Of a stretch of 64,000 nucleotides of DNA, positions 37,987 to 47,428 are shown one piece after another. Made by a program: the position numbers and the translations under genes. Source of the stretch: an uncultured Opitutia bacterium (GTDB lineage Bacteria; Verrucomicrobiota; Verrucomicrobiia; Opitutales; CAJWYM01); the NCBI GenBank assembly GCA_913049555.1, contig CAJWYM010000004.1, positions 15,509 through 79,508 of the forward strand, in the 5' to 3' direction. A model generated the notes under the pieces. It was not told the DNA's origin. It made no database searches and worked only from the letters and a program-made list of their open reading frames with translations. Each line of letters begins with the position of its first letter. Positions within the stretch are counted from its first letter, which is position 1.

Positions 37987-38736
37987 CTAAACTCGGCCCA
38001 ATCGCATAATTTTTGAACCAATATTTTTAACCTCGTTGTTGTTCACTTCAGAGTTTTCATCTAATTTTTTCAAGAGCTTATAAAAATTTCTAGAATGATT
38101 CATTTCCTGTAAATGAGCCAATTCATGAAGAATAATGTGATCCTGTAAATGAAAAGGGATTAATAACAACCTCCAATTAAGAGAGATCGTTCGGTTCTGC
38201 GAACAAGATCCCCACCGAGTCGCTTGATTGCCGATACGAATGGAGCTTGGGATCAAATTTGTGTACTGAGCGAGTTCCTTTGTTCTTTCTTCTAGGACTT
38301 GACTTGCGAAGCGTCGAGTCACCAACATCAATTGAAGCTCTAAATTTTTATCTCGATTCAGTTTGATATCAACCGAGCTGGTTTTTTGATCCAACCGATA
38401 CCGAGCTTGTTTGCCTTGATACTGAATCTGAAGACGCCATTTTTTATTGTAAGCATTCCAAAAGGGCTGCTTCATGTAGTATTCGCTGATTGTCTCAGAG
38501 CGATGAGTATGGTCTAGGTGCTTCTTTACCCAATCTCCTTGCGTCATCAAAAATTGAACCCCTTCTTCATAGGAAAATCGCCAGGGAACTGTAATTACAA
38601 CCTGACTTTTCCACCCGATAGATAGTCGAACAGATTTTGCTTTGCGAGAGCGATGAAACTCATAGGGAACTAAAAGATCTCCTTGAGAAGTGGGAACCGA
38701 ACTGTAGTGCAATGCTACTTGTTTTTTTACAGTCAA
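37987..38736 (-). CDS. YgjP-like (DUF45) zinc metallohydrolase
   Basis: HELAHLQEMNHS HExxH motif near the C-terminus and RWGSCS upstream of it. Confidence 0.8.
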   Translation of the reverse strand: MTVKKQVALHYSSVPTSQGDLLVPYEFHRSRKAKSVRLSIGWKSQVVITVPWRFSYEEGVQFLMTQGDWVKKHLDHTHRSETISEYYMKQPFWNAYNKKWRLQIQYQGKQARYRLDQKTSSVDIKLNRDKNLELQLMLVTRRFASQVLEERTKELAQYTNLIPSSIRIGNQATRWGSCSQNRTISLNWRLLLIPFHLQDHIILHELAHLQEMNHSRNFYKLLKKLDENSEVNNNEVKNIGSKIMRLGRV

Positions 38737-39383
38737 GACAACTCCCTCATTAGATTGCTTGTGTATCTCCTCAAAGCAGATTCTGGATCCAAATTCGCTA
38801 ATTTAGCAGCAGATGACAAATTAAAGAGTTCCTCCCCCAGTTTTTCTTCTGTAAGACACATCGATTTTTTTTGAATATCCGCTTCATCTATGTGACCTCT
38901 CAAAGTTATTTTCTTATTTTTTATTTGTTTGAATACGTCTTTAGCAAAAACCAAAGCCGGCAATTGAGGAGGTAAGTCTTTAAAAGTAGAGGAAGATACA
39001 GAACCTTTTTTTTCTTTTTCAAGTTGTTTAATCTCTTCCCAATTTAAAAGAACGTCTTCACTCGTATGAATCCCTTCTAATTGACCAAATACATGGGGAT
39101 GACGGCGGATCAACTTCTCATTGATATCTCGGGCTGTGTCTTCAAAATTAAAATGGTTCGATTCCTCAGCTATCTGTGCATGCATAACTACTTGCAATAA
39201 TAGGTCACCCAACTCCTCACGCATGTGTGGGTAATCCTCTCGATCAATGGTATCCAAAACTTCCGAACATTCTTCAATCAAGCAATTTGTTAGACTTTTA
39301 TGCGTTTGAACCTTGTCCCATGGACAACCATTTGGAGATCTGAGTTTTGCGACTGTTTTTTTTAGTTCAATTAATTCCTTCAT
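38733..39383 (-). CDS. mazG: Nucleoside triphosphate pyrophosphohydrolase MazG
   Basis: LRSPNGCPWDKVQTHKSL, EEC.EV...EELGDLLLQVV and IRRHPHVF. The start at the internal ATG 39383 matches the MazG N-terminal spacing; an alternative ATG lies at 39422. Confidence 0.88.
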   Translation of the reverse strand: MKELIELKKTVAKLRSPNGCPWDKVQTHKSLTNCLIEECSEVLDTIDREDYPHMREELGDLLLQVVMHAQIAEESNHFNFEDTARDINEKLIRRHPHVFGQLEGIHTSEDVLLNWEEIKQLEKEKKGSVSSSTFKDLPPQLPALVFAKDVFKQIKNKKITLRGHIDEADIQKKSMCLTEEKLGEELFNLSSAAKLANLDPESALRRYTSNLMRELS

Positions 39384-39433
39384 TGCATTTAAAAGTTGGA
39401 AGATCTTTAAAAATTCCACCATAATTATTAAAT

Positions 39434-40231
39434 ATGGACAAGTTGAATGAAATAATGGCGTGGAAAGAGCAGGAAATCAAGAATCGGATTCGCCCAATTA
39501 AAGATATTGAACTCTCAAGACTTTCTTCAATGACTCGAGGGTTTGATTCCTTTTCGCAAGCCCTCTCTTCAAATGAAGAATTAAGTATCATTGCAGAAAT
39601 CAAGCGAAAAAGTCCTTCGGCTGGAGCCATTGCCTCAAAAATAGATGCTAAAGAACAAGCCCGAAATTATGTAAATGCCAATGCAGATGCCATTTCTGTT
39701 CTTACAGACGAAAAGTTTTTTGACGGAAAAATCCAAGACCTTTGGGATGTTACGGAGTTTTTAACAATCCACAATCGCACAACGCCTTGTATTCGCAAAG
39801 ACTTCATGATACACCCAATCCAAGTCATTGAAGCTGCGGAAGCTGGAGCTAGAGCCATTTTAATCATTGTTCGGGCATTGACAGATGAAAAAATCAAGCT
39901 CTTATATGATGCGAGTCAATTAGCAGGTTTAGACAGCTTGTTTGAAATTCACTCGGTAGCTGAACTGGATCGAGCTTTAGCGGCGGGTGCTAAAATTATT
40001 GGTGTCAATAATCGTGATTTAAAGCACTTCTTCACAGATCTTTCCCTTTCGGAAACGCTCCTTCCTCAAATTCCTGACGATATTTTAGCAATCAGTGAAA
40101 GCGGTATTCACACCACAGAAGATGCTGAGAGGGTTCGGAAAGCAGGAGCCGATGCTATTCTTGTAGGCGAAGCTTTAATGAAACACGAAAACCCTGAAGA
40201 ATGGATTCAAGAAATTAAAGAACTCGGGTAA
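39434..40231 (+). CDS. trpC: Indole-3-glycerol phosphate synthase
   Basis: IIAEIKRKSPSAG, ISVLTDEKFF, IRKDF and VNNRDL motifs. Confidence 0.92.
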   Translation: MDKLNEIMAWKEQEIKNRIRPIKDIELSRLSSMTRGFDSFSQALSSNEELSIIAEIKRKSPSAGAIASKIDAKEQARNYVNANADAISVLTDEKFFDGKIQDLWDVTEFLTIHNRTTPCIRKDFMIHPIQVIEAAEAGARAILIIVRALTDEKIKLLYDASQLAGLDSLFEIHSVAELDRALAAGAKIIGVNNRDLKHFFTDLSLSETLLPQIPDDILAISESGIHTTEDAERVRKAGADAILVGEALMKHENPEEWIQEIKELG

Positions 40232-40238
40232 ACAACTT

Positions 40239-41072
40239 ATGTTGACCCCCTCCAAAACCCAGTCCATTCTGTCAGAAATGGGTCACACCCCAGATAAAAA
40301 TCTGGGTCAAAACTTTTTGATTGATAGCAATATTATTAGGAAATCAATCGAGTTAGCTACTGTAGAAACCAAGGATACTATCCTAGAGATTGGCCCTGGT
40401 CTTGGAACTTTAACGCTCTCTCTACTAGAAAAAGGTTGCAAGCTCTACGCAGTTGAAAAAGATCCACGACTTTATGAGAGACTTTCTGCAATGAAGAAAA
40501 AAAAGAGTTTAGACCAATTAACTCTGACCTATGGGGATGCCATGCAGTTTCCAAAAGCAAATATCCCAGAGGACGTTACAGATTTTAAGATTGTCGCCAA
40601 CTTGCCCTACTCCATCACCACTCCTTGGATTGAAAAGATCCTGTCTAATCCTTTGCCAAAAATAATGGTATTGATGGTTCAAAAAGAGGCTGCAGATCGA
40701 TTGACCGCACTTCCAAATACTAAAAATTTCAGTGCGATCTCAATCCTTTTACAAGCGAGCTACAAACGTCTCAAAGGTCATGCTGTCTCTAAAAAATGCT
40801 TCCTACCCGAACCAAAAGTGGACTCCACTTTACTCGTTCTTGAAAGAAAAGAAAATTTTTATCTATTTGATGAATCGACTCGAACAACCATGCGGATCAT
40901 CTTTACGAAAAGAAGGAAACAAATTAAGAGCATCCTAAAAGCAATGGAAACCCACAAAGAAATTCTAGAGATTTGGCTTAAAAAACTTCCCTCTGAAACA
41001 ATGCGACCCGATACAATCTTCCCAGAATATTGGATAGATTTGAATAATATGATCAAAAAATCTATCCCATGA
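40239..41072 (+). CDS. rsmA: 16S rRNA (adenine1518/1519-N6)-dimethyltransferase
   Basis: LGQNFLID, the SAM site LEIGPGLGTLT, and VANLPYSITTP. Confidence 0.92.
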   Translation: MLTPSKTQSILSEMGHTPDKNLGQNFLIDSNIIRKSIELATVETKDTILEIGPGLGTLTLSLLEKGCKLYAVEKDPRLYERLSAMKKKKSLDQLTLTYGDAMQFPKANIPEDVTDFKIVANLPYSITTPWIEKILSNPLPKIMVLMVQKEAADRLTALPNTKNFSAISILLQASYKRLKGHAVSKKCFLPEPKVDSTLLVLERKENFYLFDESTRTTMRIIFTKRRKQIKSILKAMETHKEILEIWLKKLPSETMRPDTIFPEYWIDLNNMIKKSIP

Positions 41073-41524
41073 AGTCTTGCTTTTTACTGTTGATACTCCC
41101 TTTTTTTCTTTTATGCAGTTGTAATAATAGCTCGGAAAACAGGGATAAAAATCCAAGACGAGATTCAATTCCAGCAAAAATTGGCAACGCTCTCATACAG
41201 GTCGAAATTGCTGATACCCTAGAGTTGAGACGATTAGGACTCATGTATCGAAAAGAGCTCCCTCATAACTGTGGGATGCTCTTTAAATTTGATCAGGTCT
41301 CTAAACAAAGCTTCTGGATGAAAAACACTTTCATCCCTCTGGATATTGGATACATCGATTCTTCTGGAACCTTGTTAGAAATTTATCCAATGAGACCCCT
41401 AGACAATCGATCCACTGAATCTCTAAGTGATCAAATAGCCATGGTTTTAGAAATGAATCAAGGTTGGTTTAGAGAAAATAAGGTATCGGTTGGTTCCAGA
41501 CTTTTTTTATTAAATCATGAATAA
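41069..41524 (+). CDS. DUF192 (COG1430) family secreted protein
   Basis: Lipoprotein-like signal (LLLILPFFLLCSC), GLMYRKELP...GMLF...FWMKNTFIPLDIGYID. ATGA overlap with rsmA. Confidence 0.75.
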   Translation: MKSCFLLLILPFFLLCSCNNSSENRDKNPRRDSIPAKIGNALIQVEIADTLELRRLGLMYRKELPHNCGMLFKFDQVSKQSFWMKNTFIPLDIGYIDSSGTLLEIYPMRPLDNRSTESLSDQIAMVLEMNQGWFRENKVSVGSRLFLLNHE

Positions 41525-43214
41525 ATGTCTTTCTGGATCCTTTTCAGGGATTAAATCAATCCAAAAATGGAGCGCTTACTTACCCCTTTTTGTTGGTTTA
41601 TTTACCACAACGACCTTCACGCTTTCCTTCCCGCCTTTTGATTCCTCACAACTAATTTTTATTTGCTTTGTCCCACTGTCATTGTGGGCAATGATTGGAC
41701 CTCAAAAAAGATATCTGATAACCTGCTTTTTATCAGGATTTGCATCGTGGTCGATCCTCTTGTCTTGGTTTAGGCATATCGGTGATTTTATGGAGGGTTG
41801 GATTCTCTCTGGGTATATAGCCATTCTTTTGATTGCCTCTATTATCTCACTCCTATTTACGATTTGGTGTTACTTCTTGCGCAAAATATTGTTGAGTGTA
41901 AAAAATAAAAATACATGGACTCGATTTACTGGAATTTTCGCTATTGCTGGTTTGTGGGTAATTCTTGAGTGGGCTCGAACCTTCTTAATCTTTGGATTTC
42001 CATGGTTACCCTTGGCCGCGAGTCAGTGGAAAAATCCTTTGATGCTCCAGCCTGCTGCTTGGCTAGGATGCTATGGCATCTCTTTTATGATAATCATTAT
42101 CAATTTAGGACTCTTTTTTTATCTGAAACACCTTTTCGGCTCCAAGAAAAAAGGTAAAATTCCATTTATTAAAAAATTATGCCCAGAGTTTTATCTAGCT
42201 CTGTCCTGCGTGGGAGGGAGCTTTTATTTATTCACCAAAGAATGGCCGGGAGATCAACCAAAAGACCTCCTTTTCAATGCTTGTATCGTCCAGCCTGCAA
42301 CGCCACAATCCGTCAAATGGGATCCAAATGAAGCCCTCAATAATTGGTTTCATTTAGAATATTTAACCAAAAAAGCAATAAGAGAAAACCCACACTCCAA
42401 TTTATTGCTATGGCCTGAATCTGCAACACCGACCCCTCTCTTAGGCGATGATGAATTGAAATTAGTGGTGGAAAAGCTAGTTCAAGAACTATCCGTTCCA
42501 CTCATTTCCGGAAATATGGCGATAGAAGATGAATCGGATCGTATATTCAATGCAGTTTTTGTAATTGATCCAGACTCGGGAGTGCAGGATTTATTTTACA
42601 AAAAAAGGAAACTCGTCCCCTTTGGAGAGTATGTTCCCATGAAGTGGTTTCCATTTGTAAATAAAATTTTTAACACTGGTTGGGATTTTACAGCTGGCAA
42701 TCAAGCCAGTGTTCTAAAAGTTCAGCTCAAGGAATCAAAAGGAGAAGAGGGAACAATCAAATACCCTGCTTATTTCAGCAATGTGGGCCCATTAGTATGT
42801 TACGAAGATACATTTCCCGGACTCAGTCGAGATCTAGTGAAAAACAAAGCTGATTTTTTATTTGTAACCACGAACAATGGATGGTTTGGCAAAGAGGGGG
42901 CTGCCTTCCAACATGCTGCGCATTCTGTACTGAGAGCCGTCGAGAATAGGAGACCGGTTATTCGATGTGGCAATGCTGGTTGGAGTGGTTGGATTGATGA
43001 ATATGGATTTATTAGAGATACATTTGAAAAAGAGGGGACTATCTATGAGGATGGTTTCAAATGTTTTGCCGTCACTCGATATATAAAGTTCATTGACCAC
43101 ACTACTTTCTATACCGCTAACGGAGATTGCTTTGTTCTCTTGTGTCTCTTCTTTTTTATTCGGGCTCTTAGATTCAAGAGTAAAAAAGTTACACAATTAA
43201 AAAACACTCCCTAA
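41517..43214 (+). CDS. lnt: Apolipoprotein N-acyltransferase
   Basis: Multi-TM N-terminal half. The C-terminal CN-hydrolase domain has the E-K-C triad contexts LLWPESA, KRKLVPFGEYVP and VCYEDTFP. Confidence 0.9.
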   Translation: MNKCLSGSFSGIKSIQKWSAYLPLFVGLFTTTTFTLSFPPFDSSQLIFICFVPLSLWAMIGPQKRYLITCFLSGFASWSILLSWFRHIGDFMEGWILSGYIAILLIASIISLLFTIWCYFLRKILLSVKNKNTWTRFTGIFAIAGLWVILEWARTFLIFGFPWLPLAASQWKNPLMLQPAAWLGCYGISFMIIIINLGLFFYLKHLFGSKKKGKIPFIKKLCPEFYLALSCVGGSFYLFTKEWPGDQPKDLLFNACIVQPATPQSVKWDPNEALNNWFHLEYLTKKAIRENPHSNLLLWPESATPTPLLGDDELKLVVEKLVQELSVPLISGNMAIEDESDRIFNAVFVIDPDSGVQDLFYKKRKLVPFGEYVPMKWFPFVNKIFNTGWDFTAGNQASVLKVQLKESKGEEGTIKYPAYFSNVGPLVCYEDTFPGLSRDLVKNKADFLFVTTNNGWFGKEGAAFQHAAHSVLRAVENRRPVIRCGNAGWSGWIDEYGFIRDTFEKEGTIYEDGFKCFAVTRYIKFIDHTTFYTANGDCFVLLCLFFFIRALRFKSKKVTQLKNTP

Positions 43215-43221
43215 GGCTCCA

Positions 43222-44574
43222 TTAATTCCGGTCGATTTCCCCTAAGATTTGCCACTGCGTATCATCAAAAAACCACAAGGCAGTTTCCAGTTCGACAATC
43301 TCTTTTTCAAGAACCTGACTAGTCATCCACCATTTCTCAAAGAGTTGCATTCGCTCTTGAAAAACACTCATGGTAGTGGGAACGCTTAAGCTATTTAAAA
43401 TTTGCCATCTCACTTGTTGCTTCTTCAATTGAGTACGAACTGTATTCAATTGTTCATTCACTTGACTCAACTGAAGCAACCAAGAAACTATTTTCTTTTC
43501 TAAAACCTTGTCTTGAACTTCTCTTTCTCGAATAAATTCTTGTTTTTGCCGCTTGATCTTTCCCCTTGTGTCTAATTGCCATATCAAATCCGCTCCTACC
43601 CTTATATTGTCAGTATTCCAAAGACTTTTGGACTGTCCTGAAAATCTAAATAAAGAGGGGGTTGAAACCGATAAATTTAAATCCGGCCAATATTGTAAAT
43701 CAATTTGGCGAGATCTTAGACGTGCACCTTCAAGTTCAATCGCCATCAGTTTAATCTGATCTTGTGCAATGTGCTCAATCAATTCTAAATTGAGCCCGCC
43801 CTGATCCACATAAGGCAATTTAATAAGTTGAGTGGGGCGTATACGCCAAATTTTACTAGAATCACTCAAGTGATCATTCAACCGCAATTGGAGTTTGCGA
43901 CCTTTTTCCTCAAAGACTTTTTCTGAACTGTTATCTTTGTAGAATAAGATGGCAGCGAGGTCTTCTACGGGCAAACGTTTTTTAAAACTGTCTTTCCACA
44001 GTGAAAATTCAATGCTTTTCTCGAGCATCTCTTGTTCACGAAAAATTTTATACAATTCAATGACCGCTTTTCGGATTTTGAGTGTTTTGGAGGTATTGGC
44101 TCGAACGAGACTCAATCGGCTCGTATACAATCTTGAGGGAATCTGTTGTAGATAAGCAAAATTAAAAAAACTATCAATTCCATAGGTCCAACCATTTGCA
44201 AATACAGAAGCAGATCCACTTATGAACTCGGAATAACCTCCTTTTAAGGTAAGTTTAGGAATAAGATCTCGGTATACAAATTTAAGATCATTTTCTGCTC
44301 TGAATAAATCCATTTCAGAAGTAGTCAGATCAATGTTGCTTTCTAAAAGGATTTCTAAAGCTTCTGTAAAAGAAACAAATTCTTCATCACTGTTGTCTAA
44401 CTTATCTAAATTTGATCTCCACAGCTCTCTTAGATTTACCTCATTCGTCTCTAAATTTTCTTCAACACTTTTACAAGAAACTGATAAAAACATTGTATAC
44501 AAACAAAAACAAAGGCTGCCAAAAATCGACAGCCTTTGTTTCTTGAAAAAAATATCTAGAAATTTACTCAACAA
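43222..44574 (-). CDS. TolC-like outer-membrane factor family protein (possible lipoprotein)
   Basis: 450 aa with the signal ending FLSVSC. Two-fold helical/strand repeat pattern with a typical LTEALEILLESNIDL...AENDL opening. Its start overlaps the secretin stop by 11 nt. Confidence 0.55.
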   Translation of the reverse strand: MLSKFLDIFFKKQRLSIFGSLCFCLYTMFLSVSCKSVEENLETNEVNLRELWRSNLDKLDNSDEEFVSFTEALEILLESNIDLTTSEMDLFRAENDLKFVYRDLIPKLTLKGGYSEFISGSASVFANGWTYGIDSFFNFAYLQQIPSRLYTSRLSLVRANTSKTLKIRKAVIELYKIFREQEMLEKSIEFSLWKDSFKKRLPVEDLAAILFYKDNSSEKVFEEKGRKLQLRLNDHLSDSSKIWRIRPTQLIKLPYVDQGGLNLELIEHIAQDQIKLMAIELEGARLRSRQIDLQYWPDLNLSVSTPSLFRFSGQSKSLWNTDNIRVGADLIWQLDTRGKIKRQKQEFIREREVQDKVLEKKIVSWLLQLSQVNEQLNTVRTQLKKQQVRWQILNSLSVPTTMSVFQERMQLFEKWWMTSQVLEKEIVELETALWFFDDTQWQILGEIDRN

Positions 44575-47332
44575 CTGCTCGACGAGTTTCGGTTCCAGTC
44601 GGGGATACGATCACCGGATTTTGGAACAAAGAGTTAGGTTTTAAATTGCCAATACGCTGTTTTGATGGAGAACCCCCCGGAGAGATTAAGTTCGCAGTAA
44701 CAAATATGAGTAAGTTTCTCTTAACACTGGTCTCTCCTCGGTTCTGAAAAAATCTACCCACAATCGGCAAGTCTCCAATAACTGGAACAGAATCGTTGAT
44801 TGTTTTGATCTCATTACGTGTCAGTCCACCGATTACAACCGTCGCACCATCAAATACACTCACTTGGGTTTCTACTATTCTTGTTGAGAAAATCGGCTGG
44901 AAATAACCGGATGGAGCCGTAACAGTAGTGCTCCCAGAAATTGCAATATTAGGAGAACCATATTGGACAAAACCCTCAAACTCAGTGACTATAGGAGACA
45001 AACGAAGAGTGATGATATCCCCTTGCTCAACAGTGGGAGTTACGATCAACTCTACACCCACTAACCTTGATTGGAAATCACTGGGTAAGGGTGAAGTGAT
45101 TCCTACGGATGCAGGCGAAGTTGTATTACCACCGCCACCGCCGCCGCCACCACCACCAGTAGTAACTTCTCCAGCTTCATACTCTGTGGGGTATAAAAAT
45201 TCTTGACCCACTTGAATTCTGCCTTCCATACCAGCCAACATTGTAACCTTCGGGGCTGACATTAGGTCAGAAGTCGATTTCCTAGAAAGGGCATTGATTA
45301 CTAAATTAAACTCGGTATTTCTAAGAATACCTCTGAAAGAAATCAAATCCGATGCCCCAGTTGCCAGATCTGCAGTCGATGGGAAAGGTGGAGGTAAATT
45401 AGGAACCTCAGTTGTGGATTGAGCACCCGAAGAGGAGCTTTGGATAATTCTTGTAAAGCTATCACTGTCAGCAGCTGTAAAAGTCTCGGCTAATTTTCGA
45501 TTTTGAGTATCGAACGATCCTGAAGTTCGAGTCTCATCTGTATATACATTGTTCCAGTCAAAGCCTAATTCATCCAGATCGTTTTGATTGACCTCTAAAA
45601 ACTTCGCTTCAACTTCAACTTGTTTGGTTTCATTGTATCTTCTGAGAATCGTCCGGACTCTTTCAAGATTCTTTGTAGATTGAGTAATAATCAACTCCGT
45701 TCCCTCATAGGCAAGAGTAGATCCAGGAATGCTGAAACTAACACCCGCTCTTTCAAAAAAGCTTTTGATCGCTGATTCATCCCCACTGCCTGAGTCAGAA
45801 GAAACGGAATCACTGGGATCTGCAAATGGATCCACTGCAGAGTCAGAACTGCTCCCCCCTCCACTACCTCCGGTTATACGGACTACGGCTGCTTGACTGA
45901 TAGGGAAAAAATCTGTTTCAAGAAATTCTTGGTTGTCCCCCATGCTTGGCTTTACAACAATGGCATCCTCTGTAACTTCAAAAGAATAGCCTACTTGTTG
46001 AGTGACGAATTGAAGCACTCGCTCTACCGTTAGATTCCTCAGATTGATATTTACTTCAGGATCACTGTTAGATGGATCGAGGAGAACAACATTCACTCCC
46101 TTTTCACCCTCGGCGGCAGTAAAATCATATTCCATGGACAATTCACTAATAGTCTCAACTACATTTGAAAGAGGCATACCTATGAACTGAGCTCTCGGAA
46201 CTTTGATTTTTTTTATTTTTGATTGCAGCGCACCGCTACTTTTTACTTCAGGCGTGGGGGGTTCTTCAAAAAGAAAAACTCGTGGTCTTTGCCATGAGGA
46301 ACTCACTTCTTCTAATAATTGAGATCTGGTTTTTAGACGAGTAGCATAATTTTGAGAGTCTAACCTTTCAGCAATTTTTTTAAGGAAAAGATTGGATTCA
46401 ATGTGCCCAGGTTGAATGGTATCGATCTCTTGAAATGCTCGGCTCGCTCCTTCAAAATTTCCAGCTAAGTAAAGACTTCTACCTTTGAGTAAAAGGTCCT
46501 TAACCTTTTGTTCCTGTTTTGGAAAACTAGGATCCATTCTATCAGTATTTTGGCGAAAAGGATTGTACGCATCATGGTCAATCAACTTCTGAAACTTCTG
46601 AGATTTACGGTTTTCCCCAAACTCTTGATTGTAGGTTTTAAGTTCTTCTTGAGCGTCTTTATAGCGAAGGTCTTCATAGGAACTCACAGAAGCTTCAAAT
46701 TGCTCATCTCCCATTTCTTGCTGTAAATCCGATTCTACAGAGCGTATTTGTCTGTCAGAACCAAAATACTTTTTGTAATCCATCACTTGTGAGACTGCGT
46801 CCTCATATTCATTGGCCTCAAAAGTGTCCTTAGCCTGTGTGAAAAAAACTTTTTTTCTCTTATCAGCTAAATCTTCAGTTAAAAATTTTGTCGCAATACT
46901 GTTGTAGGGTTGAATGTTCGCTTCAGCTGTTTGTAGCTCCTTCAAGGCCAAAGCGTAATTTTTTTCTTTCAATGCTTGTCTGGCAAAGCTCATCCTTTTT
47001 TTAGCATCCACAATTGCGTCTTTTTGCTTCTCTTCAACATTGCTAAGTAGAGTATTGTACTTATTTGCCTCTGATTTATCGACAGCATCTGCACCTTGAG
47101 ATTCTAACTCCGCCTCCAAAGCTTCCATTTGATTTGTGATTTGACTGTCTGCGGGAGAGGCGTTGGCAATTTGTTCTAACAACGCTCGAGCCTCTTTGAC
47201 ATTCCCATTTTCTCTTGCTTCAATCGCTCTAGTTAAAAGTTTCATTCTCTCGGCCTCACTCATGGAGGACTGACCATTTAAAGTGCCCAAAAAGAGTAAA
47301 ATAGAGAAACAAAATGTTCCAAGATGTTTCAT
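44564..47332 (-). CDS. pilQ: Secretin (PilQ/GspD family) with a long TPR-like N-terminal extension
   Basis: The C-terminal secretin core is GVELIVTPTV...VVIGGL...VPVIGDLPIVGRFF...KRNLLIFVTANLI. The signal peptide follows the ATG at 47332 (MKHLGTFCFSILLFLGTLNG). The first ~330 aa are helical repeats. Confidence 0.88.
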   Translation of the reverse strand: MKHLGTFCFSILLFLGTLNGQSSMSEAERMKLLTRAIEARENGNVKEARALLEQIANASPADSQITNQMEALEAELESQGADAVDKSEANKYNTLLSNVEEKQKDAIVDAKKRMSFARQALKEKNYALALKELQTAEANIQPYNSIATKFLTEDLADKRKKVFFTQAKDTFEANEYEDAVSQVMDYKKYFGSDRQIRSVESDLQQEMGDEQFEASVSSYEDLRYKDAQEELKTYNQEFGENRKSQKFQKLIDHDAYNPFRQNTDRMDPSFPKQEQKVKDLLLKGRSLYLAGNFEGASRAFQEIDTIQPGHIESNLFLKKIAERLDSQNYATRLKTRSQLLEEVSSSWQRPRVFLFEEPPTPEVKSSGALQSKIKKIKVPRAQFIGMPLSNVVETISELSMEYDFTAAEGEKGVNVVLLDPSNSDPEVNINLRNLTVERVLQFVTQQVGYSFEVTEDAIVVKPSMGDNQEFLETDFFPISQAAVVRITGGSGGGSSSDSAVDPFADPSDSVSSDSGSGDESAIKSFFERAGVSFSIPGSTLAYEGTELIITQSTKNLERVRTILRRYNETKQVEVEAKFLEVNQNDLDELGFDWNNVYTDETRTSGSFDTQNRKLAETFTAADSDSFTRIIQSSSSGAQSTTEVPNLPPPFPSTADLATGASDLISFRGILRNTEFNLVINALSRKSTSDLMSAPKVTMLAGMEGRIQVGQEFLYPTEYEAGEVTTGGGGGGGGGGNTTSPASVGITSPLPSDFQSRLVGVELIVTPTVEQGDIITLRLSPIVTEFEGFVQYGSPNIAISGSTTVTAPSGYFQPIFSTRIVETQVSVFDGATVVIGGLTRNEIKTINDSVPVIGDLPIVGRFFQNRGETSVKRNLLIFVTANLISPGGSPSKQRIGNLKPNSLFQNPVIVSPTGTETRRAVVE
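45128..45157 (-). repeat. (GGY)10 glycine-codon tract inside the secretin core
   Basis: The plus strand reads ACC ACC GCC ACC GCC GCC GCC ACC ACC ACC, encoding TT-GGGGGGGGGG-NTT. It is almost pure G/C in an AT-rich gene. Confidence 0.9.
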
Positions 47333-47428
47333 GTTAATATTCCAATTTGTGTGTAGGTGTTTCATTATTTTAGTCGCCGATAAAAATTATTTATAATAGA
47401 AGAATGAGAAGAGGAGAGTTTCAAGCAT

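Noticed and set aside
39434-40231. trpC standing alone, without other trp genes, as a possible sign of pathway erosion or horizontal insertion.
   Set aside because: Scattered trp genes are common in many phyla. The gene is intact and sits in a normal housekeeping context (mazG, rsmA). Nothing in the sequence marks it as foreign.
44928-45206. A plus-strand ORF encoding a PPPPPPPPPPP run.
   Set aside because: It is the antisense reading of the secretin glycine-codon tract. The secretin frame is strongly supported by conserved motifs on both sides.
47332-47365. An upstream ATG giving MKHLHTNWNIN before the secretin signal peptide; both candidate starts begin MKHL.
   Set aside because: The 11 extra residues would precede an otherwise canonical signal peptide. 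The downstream ATG at 47332 gives the standard n-h-c layout, so the duplication is noted but not interpreted.
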